Virus record (IMG/VR): IMGVR_UViG_3300025853_000159
Span: 1-47,033 of that record
Direction: 5' to 3' (one strand)
Source of the DNA: a virus
Lineage: Duplodnaviria; Caudoviricetes
DNA: 47,033 nt
In this document: in pieces, positions 44,450 through 47,033 of the stretch
Position numbering within the stretch: the stretch's first letter is position 1
Layout: each line of letters begins with the position of its first letter
Position numbers and translations under genes: made by a program
Notes under the pieces: model-generated
Told to the model about the DNA's origin: nothing
Databases searched by the model: none
The model's input: the letters and a program-made list of their open reading frames with translations, nothing else

Positions 44450-45820
44450 TTATCGGACTTTACGCATGCGTCCGCACCATTCGCCCCATGCATGGCGAAG
44501 GAATTTTCCGAACTTTTCCGCAAATTTTGGAGCATTGCACAAATCGCTGTCTTTTATTTTCTGACGCAGCCCCTGCTTCATCTCCAGTAACTTCTCGCGA
44601 TTTTCCGCCAGCTCCATTGCCTTTATGAGATATCCTGACTCACTGCGGGTCACCAATTCCGGCAATCCAGCCGCTTCGAGCAGAGCCCGACCCACTTGAG
44701 CACAGTGGCGTGCACCTGGTTCATCTACCATCGTTACCACGGGTACACCCATCCAGAGTGCTTCGCAGGTCGTAGTGGTTCCGTTGTAGGGGTACGTATC
44801 CAGAGCAATGTCAATGGAGTTATAGGATGCCATGTGAGTCAAATTGGAAGGCACAAAGCCCAACAACTTTACCCGGTCCATAGGCATCCCTTGCTTCTCC
44901 AATCGCTCCAGGAATCTCTTTTGCATTTCCGGATCGCTACCGCTACGGCACTTGAACACCATCTCCGAATTCGGTACTGCCTCTAGGATATCACTCCAGA
45001 GCCTCAAGATGGTTGGCGAGAACTTACTGGGCTCACTGAATGTACCGAAGACGGTCTTGCCTTCCGTTAGGGAGTTCCTGATATGAATGCGGTCCCAGCT
45101 CGGCTCCGGGGTGTAGCAAATGAAAGGATGTAGCAGAATCTCCCGCTCCGTGTGGTAATGGTAGGTCGGGGCATAGGTGTCGGTGATCCTCCAGTCCATG
45201 TTATTGAGCCCCGTTGTATCGGGATACCCCAACCATGTCACCTGTACGGGTGCGGCCCTTCTTATAAATACGGGCAGTCGATTCTGTGCTGTATGCCCTG
45301 CGAGGTCTATTAATATGTCTATGTTTTTGCTGATGACATAGTTATTAACAAACTCCATTTCAAGCCCATGAATACGGTAGAATTCATCCACATTATTCTT
45401 CAGTACATCAGTTTGGCGATCCTCCTTTTTGGGGTCACGGTCAGAGAAACAAATGAACTCGAATTGCTCCCGGTCGTAGTGCTCAAAAAGTCCGTTGAGA
45501 AAAAAGAAAACCGAGTGTGCGTAAAAGTCCGGTGAGACAAATCCGATGCGTAATTTCTTCTTTCGGTCCGGTTCATTCGGGAAACTTAACACGTCCCGAT
45601 CATTCACTGCATGTTTGCGTTGGTAACGCTGGTGGTCGATGTAGAGACCACGGTGATCAATGTCATCACGGTACTGTTGTGCCAATAGCCAATTGCTGTA
45701 TGCTGGAGACGATTCCGGTCCAGTAGTCATCACGATCTCCTCAAAGATCTCACAGGCATCGAAGACATGCCCTTGGCGAAGCAGGTCGCAGGCCCGTTGG
45801 TTTTCTTGCTGAATATTCAT
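44450..45820 (-). CDS. GT41-family protein glycosyltransferase (SPINDLY/OGT-like), catalytic domain with minimal TPR
   Basis: LRIGFVSPDFYAHSV, IDILIDLAGHT, RRAAPVQVTWLGYPDTTGL, DIALDTYPYNGTTTTCEALWMGVPVVT. Confidence 0.92.
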   Translation of the reverse strand: MNIQQENQRACDLLRQGHVFDACEIFEEIVMTTGPESSPAYSNWLLAQQYRDDIDHRGLYIDHQRYQRKHAVNDRDVLSFPNEPDRKKKLRIGFVSPDFYAHSVFFFLNGLFEHYDREQFEFICFSDRDPKKEDRQTDVLKNNVDEFYRIHGLEMEFVNNYVISKNIDILIDLAGHTAQNRLPVFIRRAAPVQVTWLGYPDTTGLNNMDWRITDTYAPTYHYHTEREILLHPFICYTPEPSWDRIHIRNSLTEGKTVFGTFSEPSKFSPTILRLWSDILEAVPNSEMVFKCRSGSDPEMQKRFLERLEKQGMPMDRVKLLGFVPSNLTHMASYNSIDIALDTYPYNGTTTTCEALWMGVPVVTMVDEPGARHCAQVGRALLEAAGLPELVTRSESGYLIKAMELAENREKLLEMKQGLRQKIKDSDLCNAPKFAEKFGKFLRHAWGEWCGRMRKVR

Positions 45821-46236
45821 CCTTCGCCCCCCTGAAAGTGTTTCTGCATGGCTTTGTAGAGCTTTACCAGCTTGGCAACGGTGAGCGTCTTGTTAAGGGT
45901 CTGTTCGACCGTCTTGCAGAATTGATCAAACTCCGCGGGATCAACACCGGAAAGGGTGATCTTCGGCACTGCCTGGTCACCGACTTGGAGCCAATACTGA
46001 TTGCTCCCTTCGGGGCGACCGAGGATAGGGTGTCCTTTCACCGCCATGTCATGCAAAATGGAGCAGACTTCTGGTTTATCCAGTTTTTGCTTACTGGGGC
46101 ATCCCTTCGGAAGTAGCGTCAGCAGTTTACCTGCGTAGAAAGTAAAGAAGGGTTCATCGGAGACCTCCGCACGGTGCTTTTGCAGCTTGTAGAGGTCATT
46201 GTTGAGCATTTGCCGCTCTTCGGGGGTGTAGTCCAT
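45817..46236 (-). CDS. Hypothetical protein
   Basis: Start coupled to the upstream stop (TGATG); ATGA overlap with GT41. Confidence 0.7.
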   Translation of the reverse strand: MDYTPEERQMLNNDLYKLQKHRAEVSDEPFFTFYAGKLLTLLPKGCPSKQKLDKPEVCSILHDMAVKGHPILGRPEGSNQYWLQVGDQAVPKITLSGVDPAEFDQFCKTVEQTLNKTLTVAKLVKLYKAMQKHFQGGEG

Positions 46237-46430
46237 CACTTCGATCCTTTCTTGTTTTTCGCCCGGTCCTGGGCGAGTAGTTGTAAAATGGCGAGTCCGG
46301 CCTCGACGGAGATGGTGGTCCTGCCGGACTCCCGGCAAGCGACGGTCTCCCGGCGAACGTCCAGTTTCTCCGCAACAGTGGCTTGAGTGCCGAGTTGTTT
46401 ACGGATGTCCTTGTATTTATCCCTATTCAT
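46236..46430 (-). CDS. XRE-family HTH regulator
   Basis: IRKQLGTQATVAEKLDVRRETVACRESG. Confidence 0.8.
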   Translation of the reverse strand: MNRDKYKDIRKQLGTQATVAEKLDVRRETVACRESGRTTISVEAGLAILQLLAQDRAKNKKGSK

Positions 46431-46753
46431 AAATTCTCGATCCATTCGTCTTGTTCAATTGGTACTTCTCGTTGAGCCCATTGGTAGAGTTCCACCATCA
46501 ACCGGGAGTGATAAACGACCTCCAGGGGGCCGAAGAGGGTAAGAGCACCGCGATCCACAAATTCGACATGAAGATCCCCGTCCCATTTAATGGTGAAGGT
46601 GAAGTAGTCCTCGAAGCTGTAGGGTTTGTTATTGTCCCGCCACTCGAGCACCTTTTGGACATGTCCGGAGACTGAAGCCTCTTGTTTGTCTGTGATGGTC
46701 AGCTTGAAGTAATGGAGTTCGCCATCGTGTACGAGAAGTTCGGTATCATTCAT
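46427..46753 (-). CDS. Hypothetical protein
   Basis: First gene of the - strand block; ATGA overlap with the XRE gene. Confidence 0.7.
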   Translation of the reverse strand: MNDTELLVHDGELHYFKLTITDKQEASVSGHVQKVLEWRDNNKPYSFEDYFTFTIKWDGDLHVEFVDRGALTLFGPLEVVYHSRLMVELYQWAQREVPIEQDEWIENL

Positions 46754-46759
46754 ACCCCC

Positions 46760-46803
46760 ATCCTTCGAACGTGCCACTACCCCGTCAAGCCTAATTGTTA
46801 GGA
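46760..46803 (-). promoter_or_regulatory. Putative promoter (TTGACG-17-AAGGAT) with upstream TCCTAACA box
   Basis: -35 at 46788-46783; weak -10; ATG 7 nt downstream. Confidence 0.35.
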
Positions 46804-46900
46804 AATATTACATCGACCATTCCATGCCCGCATGCGCGCGCGGCGTTCGTGCCATTCCAGGGTCGTCGCTCCGCTCCTAATCGCCAGGGGGGATGTAGGC

Positions 46901-47033
46901 TCACGTGGTGTGATCGTGCATAATGCGTACGCCCTCCGTCGCTCGCACATCGTCCCGGCGTACATGTACACACCAACCCCATGAACCCCGCATCATGTAC
47001 CCGCACGATCCCGCATAATGCACGTCCGCTCCG
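46901..47033. repeat. Terminal direct repeat, right copy
   Basis: Matches 1-133 with one mismatch. Confidence 0.95.

Noticed and set aside
1-47033. Genome-wide TGA reassignment (code 4/25) to explain the in-frame stop at 23370
   Set aside because: Many genes end in TGA within ATGA/GTGA/TGATG overlaps with the next gene, and the other long genes are intact under code 11.
46901-47033. Biological terminal repeat of the virion DNA
   Set aside because: The exact match is 126 bp, consistent with an assembler k-mer overlap on a circular contig; it cannot be called a physical end without reads.

Overview
The window looks like a complete, circularly closed dsDNA tailed-phage genome of about 46.9 kb: bases 1-133 recur at 46901-47033 with one mismatch. 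The layout is podovirus-like. The + strand carries a probable terminase small subunit, about 8 kb of small accessory genes (including a C5-cytosine methyltransferase locus and a DEDD exonuclease), then terminase large subunit, portal, scaffold, major capsid, fibre/LamG proteins, a putative lysis cassette, tail adaptor and nozzle, and three ejection proteins, the last a 2495-aa polyvalent protein. The - strand carries early and replication genes: XRE HTH, a GT41 SPINDLY/OGT-like glycosyltransferase, DenV, ASCH, RusA, Sak4-like ATPase, DUF669 SSB, SF2 helicase, primase-helicase and a dATP/dGTP diphosphohydrolase-domain protein. I recognised no integrase, DNA polymerase, RNA polymerase, tRNA, CRISPR array or classical endolysin. 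The main points of interest are: (1) a fully dual-coded methyltransferase gene whose second frame supplies motif IX and WxTP repeats; (2) a phage GT41 protein glycosyltransferase; (3) a modular ejected protein with ART, peptidase and glycosylase-like domains joined by repeated linkers; (4) a single in-frame TGA in the tail nozzle gene; (5) several structured intergenic RNAs, including a switch-like leader before the capsid gene. All family calls come from motif recognition by eye; no searches were run.
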